NCBI GenBank assembly: GCA_963663995.1
Contig: OY760660.1
Location: forward strand, 810,001-842,000
Length of the DNA stretch: 32,000 nucleotides
From: Erysipelotrichaceae bacterium
Lineage (GTDB): Bacteria; Bacillota_I; Bacilli_A; Erysipelotrichales; Erysipelotrichaceae
Reading direction: 5' to 3'
Shown: positions 1 to 8,336 of the stretch, in pieces
How positions within the stretch are numbered: the stretch's first letter is position 1
Layout of the letters: every line of letters begins with the position of its first letter
Translations under genes and position numbers: made by a program
The notes under the pieces: model-generated
Told to the model about the DNA's origin: nothing
The model's input: the letters and a program-made list of their open reading frames with translations, nothing else
The model's database searches: none

Positions 1-228
1 TGGCACACCAAGAATAAACATAATCCAGGTCATTTTATAGGATGGATTATCAAATTTATTTAAAATATAGATTACGACTGCAAAGTTCGCAAATAGTTGA
101 ATGATATAGATGTTTTCAATGCGTTGACTCAAAGTAAAAACCGCTACATAAATAAAAAGTAGTTGTAAAAGTATCAGAACTGATACACTAAATGGTTTTT
201 TAACAAGCTGATGAGCCAGTTTTTTCAT
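1..228 (-). CDS. cls: Cardiolipin synthase, N-terminal fragment (gene runs off left edge)
   Basis: Not in ORF track. Hand translation of the minus strand from ATG 228-226 stays open to base 1: MKKLAHQLVKKPFSVSVLILLQLLFIYVAVFTLSQRIENIYIIQLFANFAVVIYILNKFDNPSYKMTWIMFILGVP. Two hydrophobic helices joined by a K-x-D-N-P-x-x-K-x-x-W segment, as in Gram-positive Cls N-termini. HKD motifs would lie outside the window. The start abuts the stop of the upstream gene (229-231). Confidence 0.5.
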   Translation of the reverse strand, partial: MKKLAHQLVKKPFSVSVLILLQLLFIYVAVFTLSQRIENIYIIQLFANFAVVIYILNKFDNPSYKMTWIMFILGVP

Positions 229-1002
229 CTACATCTCCAATCGTTCTAAAACTGTTATCCCTAAATCTAAGAAGTCTTTCTCCATTGTTTTGTAAATATC
301 TGTTTCAAGTAAATAAAGTGGAGAATGGGCATCTAAACCAACAATCGCTTTAACATCATAGTTTGAAGCAATGCTGAAAAAAGCGAGATTTGGATAGCGA
401 TAACTACTATACCCATTATAGATGCCTTTTCGATATTTTGTCCCTTTAAGGTTGATTTCTAAAGGGATATTATACTTTTCAGCGGCTTCACAGATACGAT
501 GAGCTGCTTGATCACAAGCTTCATTCCAGACTTTACGACCTAACATAAAATAGGAAGGATGCGCTAGAAATTTAATTAAGCCACTCTCCATGGCGGCAAT
601 GACTTGATCAGCATATACTTCTAGATCAGCATCGCTTGTGTAATAGTCATAGCCATATTGATCTAAAACTTTATAATGTTGACCACAAATCATATAGTCT
701 ACTTTTTGTGCGACTTCTTTGTAGTAATTTAATCGCTCTGGAAAGAATTCACATTCAAAACCAACATAAATTTTAATTTGATCTTTATACTTTTCTTTTA
801 AGTGATTAATACTTGTAATATATTCATCCATCTGATGATATTCCATACGATCCCCTGGGTTTGATGCATCAGGATAAGGCATATGATCAGAGAATCCCAA
901 TTCTTCTAAACCAGCTTCAATAGCTGCCAAGACATATTGTTCATCATTGCCCGTTGCGTGTCCACAACGAGAAGTATGCGTGTGATAGTTAGCTTTAAAC
1001 AT
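229..1002 (-). CDS. PHP-domain phosphatase, histidinol-phosphatase (HisJ) family
   Basis: N-terminus MFKANYHTHTSRCGHA carries the PHP HxH metal motif, and the length fits the family. Start moved from 1041 to ATG 1002, which has GAAGGA 6 nt upstream. 8-nt overlap with the upstream gene. Confidence 0.75.
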   Translation of the reverse strand: MFKANYHTHTSRCGHATGNDEQYVLAAIEAGLEELGFSDHMPYPDASNPGDRMEYHQMDEYITSINHLKEKYKDQIKIYVGFECEFFPERLNYYKEVAQKVDYMICGQHYKVLDQYGYDYYTSDADLEVYADQVIAAMESGLIKFLAHPSYFMLGRKVWNEACDQAAHRICEAAEKYNIPLEINLKGTKYRKGIYNGYSSYRYPNLAFFSIASNYDVKAIVGLDAHSPLYLLETDIYKTMEKDFLDLGITVLERLEM

Positions 1003-1843
1003 TTTTTCCTTCTTTTTCGTTATATTCCAATACAAAATCAATCGCTTGCGCTACAGATTCAACAATATTATTGGCAGATGCTTTAATGATTTCATCGGCA
1101 TGACTCATCGAAAAACTGAATGGTATAACCTTTAACATCGAAATATCATTCATTGAATCACCAATACATGCTACTTCTGTTGGTTTATAACCTTTGAGTT
1201 CAATCAGTTCTAAGAGAGCTTGCCCTTTTGAAATACCTTGCGGCATGATTTCGATGTTATTTGGACCTGAATAAGTAATATCAAAGCGATCACCAAAACG
1301 ATCATTAAAATATTTCATCATGATATCGCGATCTTCTATCGACCAAACTAAACCAACGACTTTATTAAAAGGTGCTTTTTCTAAGTCATTAATCCATTCG
1401 TCCATATTTATGGTTGGACATTGTTTAACAACCCCTTCACTTTCCAATTCATGAAAACGGTGAAAAGGTTCTTTATTTACATCATAGACAACGTAATCAC
1501 CTGCATTTGTAATCCCTAAAAAATTCGCATCCATTTTGAATTCATGGATAGCATCCATTAAATCAAATGAATCTTGTCGTGTTAAACCATGGTTTGTAAT
1601 TTCTACATTATCAACAACGACGTTACAACCGTTCATCCCAATCGCATCGACTTGAAAGCCAAATTCTTTTTCTAAAACATGACGATAAAAAACATCACGT
1701 CCACTAGCCATCATAAATCTGACACCATGGTTATGAAGTTTGAGTACTGCTCTTTTATTTTCTTCACTAATACTATTACTGTGTTCTACTTCAGGGTTAT
1801 GAAGTAATGTTCCATCCATATCTGACACAAAAAGTTTTATCAT
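995..1843 (-). CDS. Cof-type HAD-IIB hydrolase (sugar-phosphate phosphatase family)
   Basis: HAD motifs FVSDMDGTLL, MASGR and IGDSMNDISM. Start placed at ATG 1843 (MIKLF), preceded by GAGG 8 nt upstream, rather than at 1855. Confidence 0.8.
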   Translation of the reverse strand: MIKLFVSDMDGTLLHNPEVEHSNSISEENKRAVLKLHNHGVRFMMASGRDVFYRHVLEKEFGFQVDAIGMNGCNVVVDNVEITNHGLTRQDSFDLMDAIHEFKMDANFLGITNAGDYVVYDVNKEPFHRFHELESEGVVKQCPTINMDEWINDLEKAPFNKVVGLVWSIEDRDIMMKYFNDRFGDRFDITYSGPNNIEIMPQGISKGQALLELIELKGYKPTEVACIGDSMNDISMLKVIPFSFSMSHADEIIKASANNIVESVAQAIDFVLEYNEKEGKNV

Positions 1844-1926
1844 AAACAACCTCATTTCTCACAAACATCATTATAACAAACAGTGATTTGGCAGTTTTGC
1901 CAATTTAAGTTAAGGATTTGTCAAGA

Positions 1927-2379
1927 TTAGTCTATTTTTTTGCTGAATATGGCTTTCTCACGATCTCCTTGTAGATAGAGTTCATGATCAACTGGTACTT
2001 TCTTTAGCCCTACAAATTCACAACCAGCATACTGACAGGTTTTAAAGGAAGCAATATTGTCAGTATTACAAGTAATAATGAGTTCTTTAAATCCTAAAAT
2101 TTTGGCTTGTTTAAAAAGTAATAAACAGGCTTTTGTCGCAAAGCGATGACCACGATATGGTTTATAAATCGTATAGCCGATGTGCCCTGCTAATTCAATC
2201 GTATCTCCTTTTCCGACGCGGATATCGCAACGACCAATAATTCGATTCTTTTCTATCTCAATAATGTCATAGATATAAGAAAGACCCCAACCATCAGGGT
2301 TGGAATCATTGTGTTTAGTAACGAATTTTAGTTTAATGACCCCATCGCTCAAACTAGGCTTAAAGAGTTTGTTTAACAT
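1927..2379 (-). CDS. GNAT family N-acetyltransferase
   Basis: GNAT core IGYTIYKPYRGHRFATKACLLLFKQAKILGFKELIITCNTDNIASFKTCQYAGCEFVG. The track start (GTG 2409) lies inside the EIIC terminator hairpin. I prefer ATG 2379 (MLNKLF), which sits 7 nt after a TATAAT (2392-2387, minus strand). Confidence 0.7.
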   Translation of the reverse strand: MLNKLFKPSLSDGVIKLKFVTKHNDSNPDGWGLSYIYDIIEIEKNRIIGRCDIRVGKGDTIELAGHIGYTIYKPYRGHRFATKACLLLFKQAKILGFKELIITCNTDNIASFKTCQYAGCEFVGLKKVPVDHELYLQGDREKAIFSKKID

Positions 2380-2391
2380 TACCTTAATTAT

Positions 2392-2421
2392 AACAAATAA
2401 AAGAGCCACATCAGTGGCTCT
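2392..2421 (-). terminator. Rho-independent terminator after EIIC
   Basis: Minus strand reads AGAGCCAC-TGAT-GTGGCTCT followed by TTTATTTGTT. Confidence 0.7.
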
Positions 2422-2447
2422 AGTTGGGCAATTAATTTAATTGTAGA

Positions 2448-3725
2448 TTATTCTGCGCCTTGTTCTTCAGCGTATTTTTTCTTATCCCAAGCTGCGATGA
2501 ATGGGAAGTAGATTAAACCTGTAATTACAAAGTTTACAATTTGTAGAAGAACGACACGGACATCACCATTACCGATATAGAAACCGGATAGAATGATAGG
2601 CATTGTCCAAGGAGCTGCAAGACCTGGTAGTCGACCAACAAGACCTGATGCGATAGCAAAGTAGGAAATGAAAGTAATAACTAAAGGTGCTACAAAGAAT
2701 GGAAGCATCATCATTGGGTTCATAATAATAGGTAAACCGAATGTGACTGTTTCATTAATATTGAATAATCCCGGAGCAATTGATAAACGACCAATGTATT
2801 GAATTTGTTGTGATTTAGCTAAGAAAGCCATAATGAATGCTAATGATAATGTAGCACCTGAGCCACCTTGATAAATCAAGTTAGAAATAAATTCAGCAGT
2901 AACGATATTAGGAATATCTGTTCCAGCTTGGAATGCAGCTAAATTATCAAGAGTTGCTGCTTGCCAAATAGGATTGAAAACTGAACCAACAATCGCTGCA
3001 CCATGGATTCCAACAAACCAGAAAGCTGAGTTGAAGAATACGGCAACAGCAGTCCCAGCAATACCTGTACCAACAGCAGTTAGAGGTACTTGAAGAACTT
3101 GAAGGATAAAGTCAGAGAATGTGATATAACCTGTGTGGGCAAATCCGAAACGTACAGCTGTCCACATAACAGTTGTAATCGCTGCAGGTGTTAAAGCTAA
3201 GAATTGGTTAGAGATTGCAGGTGGAACTTGTTCAGGAAGTTTGATTGTCCAACCTTTATCTAAAACGAATACATAGACTTTAGCGGTAATAATCGCTACG
3301 ACCATACCCGCAAATAAACCTTGTGAACCTAGGAATTGAGTAGCGTAACCGCCGCCTTCCATTTGGTGTAACAAGATAAAGAAGCCTGATAGTGAGATAA
3401 CTGCGCCTGGTAGAGCAGGTTTATCATAGGATTTAATAAGTGCATATGATACACCAACTGATGCGATCATACCAACTAATCCCATTGTTGAAGCGAAGAT
3501 TACGCCCCAGTTAAACCATTTCCAGTTGTCACCAAAAACAGAAAGCATCATGTTTTGGTAAGCATCAACTGGCATTTCAGCAATAATAATTGTAAATGAT
3601 CCAACAATCATTAAAGGTAATGACATAACCAAACCATCACGTAATGACATGAGGTAACGGTTTTGTTGGATTTTAGCTGCTATAGGAAGAAACTTTTCTT
3701 CTAAAATGCGTGTAAAACCATCCAT
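2448..3725 (-). CDS. PTS EIIC, lactose/cellobiose/chitobiose family
   Basis: 425-aa polytopic protein. N-terminus MDGFTRILEEKFLPIAAKIQQNRYLMSLRDG and the overall pattern are typical of CelB/ChbC/LicC-type EIIC. The genomic context includes EIIB, GH4 and YdjC genes. Confidence 0.9.
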   Translation of the reverse strand: MDGFTRILEEKFLPIAAKIQQNRYLMSLRDGLVMSLPLMIVGSFTIIIAEMPVDAYQNMMLSVFGDNWKWFNWGVIFASTMGLVGMIASVGVSYALIKSYDKPALPGAVISLSGFFILLHQMEGGGYATQFLGSQGLFAGMVVAIITAKVYVFVLDKGWTIKLPEQVPPAISNQFLALTPAAITTVMWTAVRFGFAHTGYITFSDFILQVLQVPLTAVGTGIAGTAVAVFFNSAFWFVGIHGAAIVGSVFNPIWQAATLDNLAAFQAGTDIPNIVTAEFISNLIYQGGSGATLSLAFIMAFLAKSQQIQYIGRLSIAPGLFNINETVTFGLPIIMNPMMMLPFFVAPLVITFISYFAIASGLVGRLPGLAAPWTMPIILSGFYIGNGDVRVVLLQIVNFVITGLIYFPFIAAWDKKKYAEEQGAE

Positions 3726-3821
3726 ATATTATAATTCCCCTTTCGGAATAATGGAGTATCTAACTCACTTGCCCAGTGTGATTTATACTCCACGAGTACA
3801 TCTGTAGATGTCTCTATAGAC

Positions 3822-3850
3822 ATTTTAATATAAGCGCTTTCATTTCACAA
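3822..3850 (-). promoter_or_regulatory. Sigma-A-type promoter for EIIC
   Basis: Minus strand TTGTGA, 17 nt, TAAAAT. Located after the upstream terminator. Confidence 0.55.
3829..3842 (-). promoter_or_regulatory. cre (CcpA) site within the EIIC promoter spacer
   Basis: Minus strand TGAAAGCGCTTATA vs consensus TGWAANCGNTNWCA: one mismatch. Lies between the -35 and -10 of the promoter at 3822-3850. Confidence 0.65.
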
Positions 3851-3901
3851 GAAAAATATGTAATAAAATGTGATAAATTATCTAAATTGTGTGAGTAAGC
3901 A

Positions 3902-3936
3902 TAAAAAAAGAGGTATTTCATTAGATAAATACCTCT
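3902..3936 (-). terminator. Rho-independent terminator after the EIIB-like gene
   Basis: Minus strand has a 10-bp stem, AGAGGTATTT / AAATACCTCT, with an 8-nt loop, followed by TTTTTTTAT. Confidence 0.8.
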
Positions 3937-3951
3937 AAATTTATATGATTT

Positions 3952-4254
3952 TTAAACTGTAACCTTTGAGAAAATACTCTCGATTTGACGCGTTGCGAAG
4001 TGTGACATTTTCGCAATACTATAAGGAATACTGTGTTCATCTAAATATTTAATGATTTCAGCTTGCCAAGGTAGTGTTTCTGGTCCAATAATGGCGAAAT
4101 CTGGTTTGAATTCATCCATCGGTCCAACAAAATCTGGATGTACGACCAATTTTACTTCATAAGGCATTTCACCTTTTTCTTTTCTCATTTCAACTGCCGT
4201 CATGAAGGCATTTGTTTGATTAGACTTACGGCTAACTACAGCTACTTTTTTCAT
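3952..4254 (-). CDS. EIIB(Lac/Chb)-like protein with degenerate active site (Cys to Ser)
   Basis: Aligns without gaps to the EIIB at 7249-7572: MKK start, IIGPE vs LLGPQ at residues 55-59, IP vs VP at 76-77, M83. The phosphocysteine loop CAAGMSTS is replaced by SRKSNQTN. A strong terminator lies immediately downstream. Confidence 0.6.
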   Translation of the reverse strand: MKKVAVVSRKSNQTNAFMTAVEMRKEKGEMPYEVKLVVHPDFVGPMDEFKPDFAIIGPETLPWQAEIIKYLDEHSIPYSIAKMSHFATRQIESIFSKVTV

Positions 4255-4266
4255 ACGTTTCTCCTC

Positions 4267-4968
4267 TTAGAAATGTCCGAGCTCGAATCCTTGTGAATCT
4301 ACCCATTCTAATAAGAAGGGATTGATTAAAGTTTCGAGTTCCTTGACTCGATTACTATTATAGGAAGAGATGCGCAGTAAATCAACATCGATAAAAGCAA
4401 CATGACACATTATTTCAATAAATTCATCATTTTTATGCTCATTTACACATTGTTTGAAATCTTCAATAGACACATGGTCTCCATAAAAATTATTTACAAA
4501 TTCTGGATGATCAGAAATACTGCGAATATAATCAATACCATATTCCTTAGCTAAACGTTTTGTGACTTCACGTGTTTGATCTAAATCTTGAGTATGATGA
4601 TGTCCATCAATATGCGTTGGTTTTCTTCCAAATAGTTCTATAAAGCGTTCCATTTGTGCTTTATATTCACGATAGACTTCTTCAGCATCAATAGTTGATG
4701 CATTCAAAACACTGTTTTTTAAAAAATGTCCGTGTTCATCAACAATTGTTTTATGATCTTTAACAAGTGGATACCCAGCTGTTAGTACTAAATGTAAACC
4801 AACCCCCAGCTCTGGATTCTCATGTGCGAGCTTGACTGCATGTTCAATGGCAGGCATATTCACCATTGCGGTGGTGGATCTTAAGACCCCGTTTTTTAAA
4901 GCTTTAATCACACCATAGTTGACGCCTTCAGTTAAGCCAAAGTCATCTGAATTTACGATTAATTTCAT
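4267..4968 (-). CDS. YdjC/ChbG family carbohydrate deacetylase
   Basis: N-terminus MKLIVNSDDFGLTEGVNYGVIKALKNGVLRSTTAMVNMP and the HIDGHHH metal site are characteristic of YdjC/ChbG (chitooligosaccharide deacetylase family). Confidence 0.85.
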   Translation of the reverse strand: MKLIVNSDDFGLTEGVNYGVIKALKNGVLRSTTAMVNMPAIEHAVKLAHENPELGVGLHLVLTAGYPLVKDHKTIVDEHGHFLKNSVLNASTIDAEEVYREYKAQMERFIELFGRKPTHIDGHHHTQDLDQTREVTKRLAKEYGIDYIRSISDHPEFVNNFYGDHVSIEDFKQCVNEHKNDEFIEIMCHVAFIDVDLLRISSYNSNRVKELETLINPFLLEWVDSQGFELGHF

Positions 4969-4981
4969 CGTGTTTTCTCCT

Positions 4982-5752
4982 TTATAAAATATTTAATTTT
5001 TGAAGAGCATGTTTAATACCCTCATGATCAAATGCATCGGTAATCATCTTGGCTTTTGCTTTGACTTTATCATTCGCATTACCCATTGCTATTCCAATAC
5101 CAACACCTTCAATCATTTCTAAATCATTATCACTATCACCAAAGGCGATAATATTTTCACGTTCAATTTTTAAATACTCAGCTGCCTTTAAAACCGATTC
5201 CAATTTAGTGACTGATCTAGGAATTATATCAACCATAAAGCCATGATATCGATGAATAATATAATCTGGATATTTATGGATGAGTTCATCATCATATTTG
5301 GAATCATAAGCTGCTAATAAGATATGTTCATAAGGAAGATCAGCTTGATGAGGTCCATAGTGATCAATGTTTTTATAAGATTGATGTTCTCTTATTTCTT
5401 GATCATCTGATTCTAAACTTCTAAATAGACCTTTCTCAGAATGAACACCAAAGAGTCCACCCTTTCTGACTTTTAACCACTTCTCCAAATCAGTTCTCAT
5501 ATTCAAATCGACTTTGTTTTCAAAGATGACTTGATCAAAGACTTTGATATATTGTCCATTATTTGTGACATACACATCGAAATCTACATTAAACTTTTGA
5601 AAGTAGAAAGCGGCTCTGCCACTGGCAATCCCAATTAATATATCTTCTTTTTCTTTAAGCTGTTTTAAGATTTGAACATGATAATCAGGAAGACATTGGT
5701 TTTTATTATCATATAAGGTATCATCCCAATCAAAAAAGATAAGTTTCTTCAT
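4982..5752 (-). CDS. HAD-IIB (Cof-like) hydrolase
   Basis: HAD motif I FFDWDDTLY, motif II IASGR, motif IV FGDSDNDLEM. No Shine-Dalgarno upstream; the start lies 5 nt after the hairpin feature at 5758-5784. Confidence 0.75.
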   Translation of the reverse strand: MKKLIFFDWDDTLYDNKNQCLPDYHVQILKQLKEKEDILIGIASGRAAFYFQKFNVDFDVYVTNNGQYIKVFDQVIFENKVDLNMRTDLEKWLKVRKGGLFGVHSEKGLFRSLESDDQEIREHQSYKNIDHYGPHQADLPYEHILLAAYDSKYDDELIHKYPDYIIHRYHGFMVDIIPRSVTKLESVLKAAEYLKIERENIIAFGDSDNDLEMIEGVGIGIAMGNANDKVKAKAKMITDAFDHEGIKHALQKLNIL

Positions 5753-5757
5753 GCGCT

Positions 5758-5784
5758 AAAAAGTGCCCAAGTTTTGGGCACTTT
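5758..5784 (-). terminator. Intra-operon hairpin (terminator/attenuator or processing stabiliser) between the GH4 and HAD genes
   Basis: Perfect 11-bp stem AAAGTGCCCAA / TTGGGCACTTT. Only a 5-U run on the minus strand before the HAD start. Confidence 0.55.
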
Positions 5785-5792
5785 AAACATTC

Positions 5793-7106
5793 CTACTTAA
5801 AGAACTTTGGAAGATACTCTTTATGAGCTTCCAACATTTCATCTAAGATTTCTTTAGCAACTTTTTGATCATGAACAAGTGGATTAATGGTCATCGCTGT
5901 TAAAGCTGTTTTATAGTCGCCTGATACAGCTGCATCAGATGCAACTTGTTCAAAGGATTTAATCGATTGAACGAGTCCATTCACTTGGGTTGGTAGAGGT
6001 CCCATAACAAGTGGAACTGGCCCTGCTTTTGTGATAACACAAGAAACTTCAACCGCACAGTTAAATGGTAGATTAGAAATAGATCCACGATTTAAGGTAT
6101 TAACTGGTTGAATATCCTTAGTATCGTTATACATGGATGCGATTAGATTACATGCTGCATCACTATAGTAAGCGCCACCACGTTTTTCTAGTTCAGCTGG
6201 TTTTTCTTTCAGATTTACATCTTTATATTTTTCAAAGAGTTCAGCTTCAACTTGTTTAACCACTTGAGCACGTACTTTACCTGCTTTTGCATCTTCTAAA
6301 ACATGATCTAACATTGCTTTACCTTGGAAATAATAGCGATGATAACCACAAGGCATAACGCCTAAGCGATCAATAAAGTCTGGATCCCATGGGGTATCGT
6401 GAATGTTAGCCATTGATTTTTTATCTGTTTTAAGTAGTTCTAATACTTTTTGAGTGATTTCAAGACCATCTAAATAGATATGATGTCCAAAAACCATATG
6501 GTTTAATCCAGCAAAATCAATGCGAACACGATTCATATCTACACCTAATAAATCAGCTGCTTGTCTTTGCATACCAATAGGTACATTACATAGACCAACA
6601 AATTTATTCCAGTTTGTGTGTCTAAAGACAGCTTCAGTAACCATACCGGCAGGATTAGCAAAGTTGATTAACCATGCATCAGGACATAGTTCTTCCATGT
6701 CTTTGATGATATCTAAAATAACGGGAATCGTTCTTAATCCCTTAAATAAACCACCAGGTCCATTTGTTTCTTGTCCAAGTACACCATACTTAGATGGAAT
6801 AAGTTCATCTTTAATACGAGCATCTAACATACCAACACGTAGTTGAGTTGTGACAAAGTCAGCTCCAACTAAAGCACTGCGACGATCCATTGTTAAATGA
6901 ATTTTCATTGGAACGCCTGCTTTTTCAACCATACGTTTTGCTAAGTTACCAACAATGTTTAGTTTTTCTTCACCAGCCGGTACATCCACTAACCATAGTT
7001 CTTCTACTGGTAAGTGATCATAGCGTTTAATAAACCCTTCAACAAGTTCAGGTGTGTAGGATGATCCCCCACCAATTGTGACAATTTTAATTCCTTTTTG
7101 ACTCAT
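5793..7106 (-). CDS. GH4 6-phospho-beta-glucosidase (ChbF/CelF/LicH type)
   Basis: NAD-binding N-terminus [19 protein letters not shown], the GLCNVP cysteine motif and a 437-aa length are typical of glycoside hydrolase family 4. RBS GGAGA upstream. Beta-specificity is inferred from the PTS-Chb and YdjC context. Confidence 0.85.
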   Translation of the reverse strand: MSQKGIKIVTIGGGSSYTPELVEGFIKRYDHLPVEELWLVDVPAGEEKLNIVGNLAKRMVEKAGVPMKIHLTMDRRSALVGADFVTTQLRVGMLDARIKDELIPSKYGVLGQETNGPGGLFKGLRTIPVILDIIKDMEELCPDAWLINFANPAGMVTEAVFRHTNWNKFVGLCNVPIGMQRQAADLLGVDMNRVRIDFAGLNHMVFGHHIYLDGLEITQKVLELLKTDKKSMANIHDTPWDPDFIDRLGVMPCGYHRYYFQGKAMLDHVLEDAKAGKVRAQVVKQVEAELFEKYKDVNLKEKPAELEKRGGAYYSDAACNLIASMYNDTKDIQPVNTLNRGSISNLPFNCAVEVSCVITKAGPVPLVMGPLPTQVNGLVQSIKSFEQVASDAAVSGDYKTALTAMTINPLVHDQKVAKEILDEMLEAHKEYLPKFFK

Positions 7107-7134
7107 TTTGTCTCCTTTTTACAAGTGTTAAACT

Positions 7135-7148
7135 TGAGAACGCTTACA
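7135..7148 (-). promoter_or_regulatory. cre (CcpA) site abutting the -10 of the GH4 promoter
   Basis: Minus strand TGTAAGCGTTCTCA fits TGWAANCGNTNWCA except the W at position 12 (T-C-T-C-A tail). It starts at the last base of the TATAAT. Confidence 0.7.
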
Positions 7149-7176
7149 TTATAACAAGTGTATTTGATGTAAACAA
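7148..7176 (-). promoter_or_regulatory. Sigma-A-type promoter for the GH4 gene
   Basis: Minus strand TTGTTT, 17 nt, TATAAT. Confidence 0.6.
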
Positions 7177-7199
7177 TGAAACTACTCATGAAACACATG

Positions 7200-7226
7200 A
7201 AAAAAAGTGCCAAATTTTGACACTTT
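7200..7226 (-). terminator. Rho-independent terminator after EIIB
   Basis: Minus strand reads AAAGTG(T)CAAA-ATT-TTTG(G)CACTTT followed by more T residues (7 T in total). Sequence-related to the hairpin at 5758-5784. Confidence 0.65.
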
Positions 7227-7248
7227 AGTTTAAGCCTTTTAAGAAAGA

Positions 7249-7572
7249 TTATTTCTTAGGGTTTTCAGCCATTAGTTTTAAAGCTTGGTCTAAAACTTTT
7301 GGTCCGTTACATGATCCGTAGTCCATCATATTGATAACATCTACTGGAACACCTAATTTACCGCCCTTTTCTTGAGCTTCTTTTAAACGGAAACGAACTT
7401 GTGGGCCAAGTAGGCAAACATCAACTTCGCCTAATTCTCTTTCATACTCTGATTGTGCGACAGCCCAGATTTTTAGATCATTAAGTCCACGAGCTTCAGC
7501 TTCTTTTTGCATTTTGCTGACTAGTAAACTTGTTGACATACCAGCTGCACAGAACAACATAATTTTACGCAT
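7249..7572 (-). CDS. PTS EIIB, lactose/cellobiose/chitobiose family
   Basis: MRKIMLFCAAGMSTSLLV contains the catalytic Cys loop. Start moved from 7620 to ATG 7572, which is preceded by AGGAGG. Confidence 0.9.
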   Translation of the reverse strand: MRKIMLFCAAGMSTSLLVSKMQKEAEARGLNDLKIWAVAQSEYERELGEVDVCLLGPQVRFRLKEAQEKGGKLGVPVDVINMMDYGSCNGPKVLDQALKLMAENPKK

Positions 7573-7610
7573 CCTAATCCTCCTGAATTTTTTGTAGGTA
7601 TACTGTACAT

Positions 7611-7639
7611 AATATACCACTCACTCTCTCCACTTTCAA
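7611..7639 (-). promoter_or_regulatory. Sigma-A-type promoter for EIIB
   Basis: Minus strand TTGAAA, 17 nt, TATATT. About 35 nt upstream of the AGGAGG RBS. Confidence 0.6.
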
Positions 7640-7685
7640 GATAAAAAAGGGCTTACATTTGGTACATTGTTTCAATTTTAAACTG

Positions 7686-7714
7686 TTGAGTGATACACAA
7701 ATGTTCGGTATAAT
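7686..7714 (+). promoter_or_regulatory. Sigma-A-type promoter for the RDD pair
   Basis: TTGAGT, 17 nt, TATAAT. The GAGGT RBS follows. Confidence 0.55.
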
Positions 7715-7733
7715 AACACAGTGAGGTACAAAA

Positions 7734-8336
7734 ATGTCCAAATCTAGTAAAAAGGTTGTTGAATCAAAAACAGTTTTAACGGCTCCTAATCTCAAACGTT
7801 TAGCTGCGTTTGTGATTGATTATGTCATCGTTTATCTATTAATGAGTGTTATTGGTAATATAGTCATCACGTTATTATTCCCTGAAGCTGAATCAATTAT
7901 TGACGTTTATGGTCAAAATGTTGGTGCACAAGTATTATTCTTTTCATTCTTAATTTTATTATCCATTTTATATTTTGTGGTGACACCGATCTTTATTTTC
8001 AGAGAAGATCGAGTTGGTCAAACAGTTGGAAAGCGAATCATGGGTTTAAAAACCATCCGTGTAAATGGCACAGACGTTACTCTAGTGACATTAATCATTC
8101 GTACATTATTTATGTTATTGGGTGAAGGTATGGTGATGTTTTCCATTTTCTATGTTTTAGAGATTATTGGTAAACTAGGTGTTTCAATTAATATTATTGG
8201 TTATTTAAGTACAGCTTATATAATGGTTACTTTAGTTTCTTGTACGATTATGATAATTCGTCCTAATCGTCAAATGTTCCATGATTATATTGCGAATACC
8301 GTAGTTATTCTATACGATCAAAAAGTGAGAAGATAA
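7734..8336 (+). CDS. RDD family membrane protein
   Basis: KRLAAFVIDYVIVYLL ... GQTVGKRIMGLK ... MFHDYIANTVV is the R-D-D pattern of the RDD family, with several TM helices. GAGGT RBS upstream. Confidence 0.75.
   Translation: MSKSSKKVVESKTVLTAPNLKRLAAFVIDYVIVYLLMSVIGNIVITLLFPEAESIIDVYGQNVGAQVLFFSFLILLSILYFVVTPIFIFREDRVGQTVGKRIMGLKTIRVNGTDVTLVTLIIRTLFMLLGEGMVMFSIFYVLEIIGKLGVSINIIGYLSTAYIMVTLVSCTIMIIRPNRQMFHDYIANTVVILYDQKVRR

Noticed and set aside
5049-5246. 65-aa plus-strand ORF inside the HAD gene
   Set aside because: Entirely antisense to a well-supported CDS, with a low-complexity translation (PIAIPIPTPSII), no RBS and no promoter. Shadow ORF.
6520-6846. 108-aa plus-strand ORF inside the GH4 gene
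   Set aside because: Antisense shadow of a strongly supported CDS. No start context or recognisable motif.
7644-7657. cre-like sequence TGTAAGCCCTTTTT (minus strand) upstream of the EIIB promoter
   Set aside because: It lacks the central CG and the 3-prime CA of the cre consensus, giving three or more mismatches at invariant positions.
7574-7795. 73-aa minus-strand ORF spanning the EIIB/RDD intergenic region
   Set aside because: It runs through both divergent promoters and into the RDD start. Cys-rich, unconvincing translation with no RBS. The 7573-7620 extension of the EIIB ORF is rejected for the same reason, because AGGAGG precedes ATG 7572.
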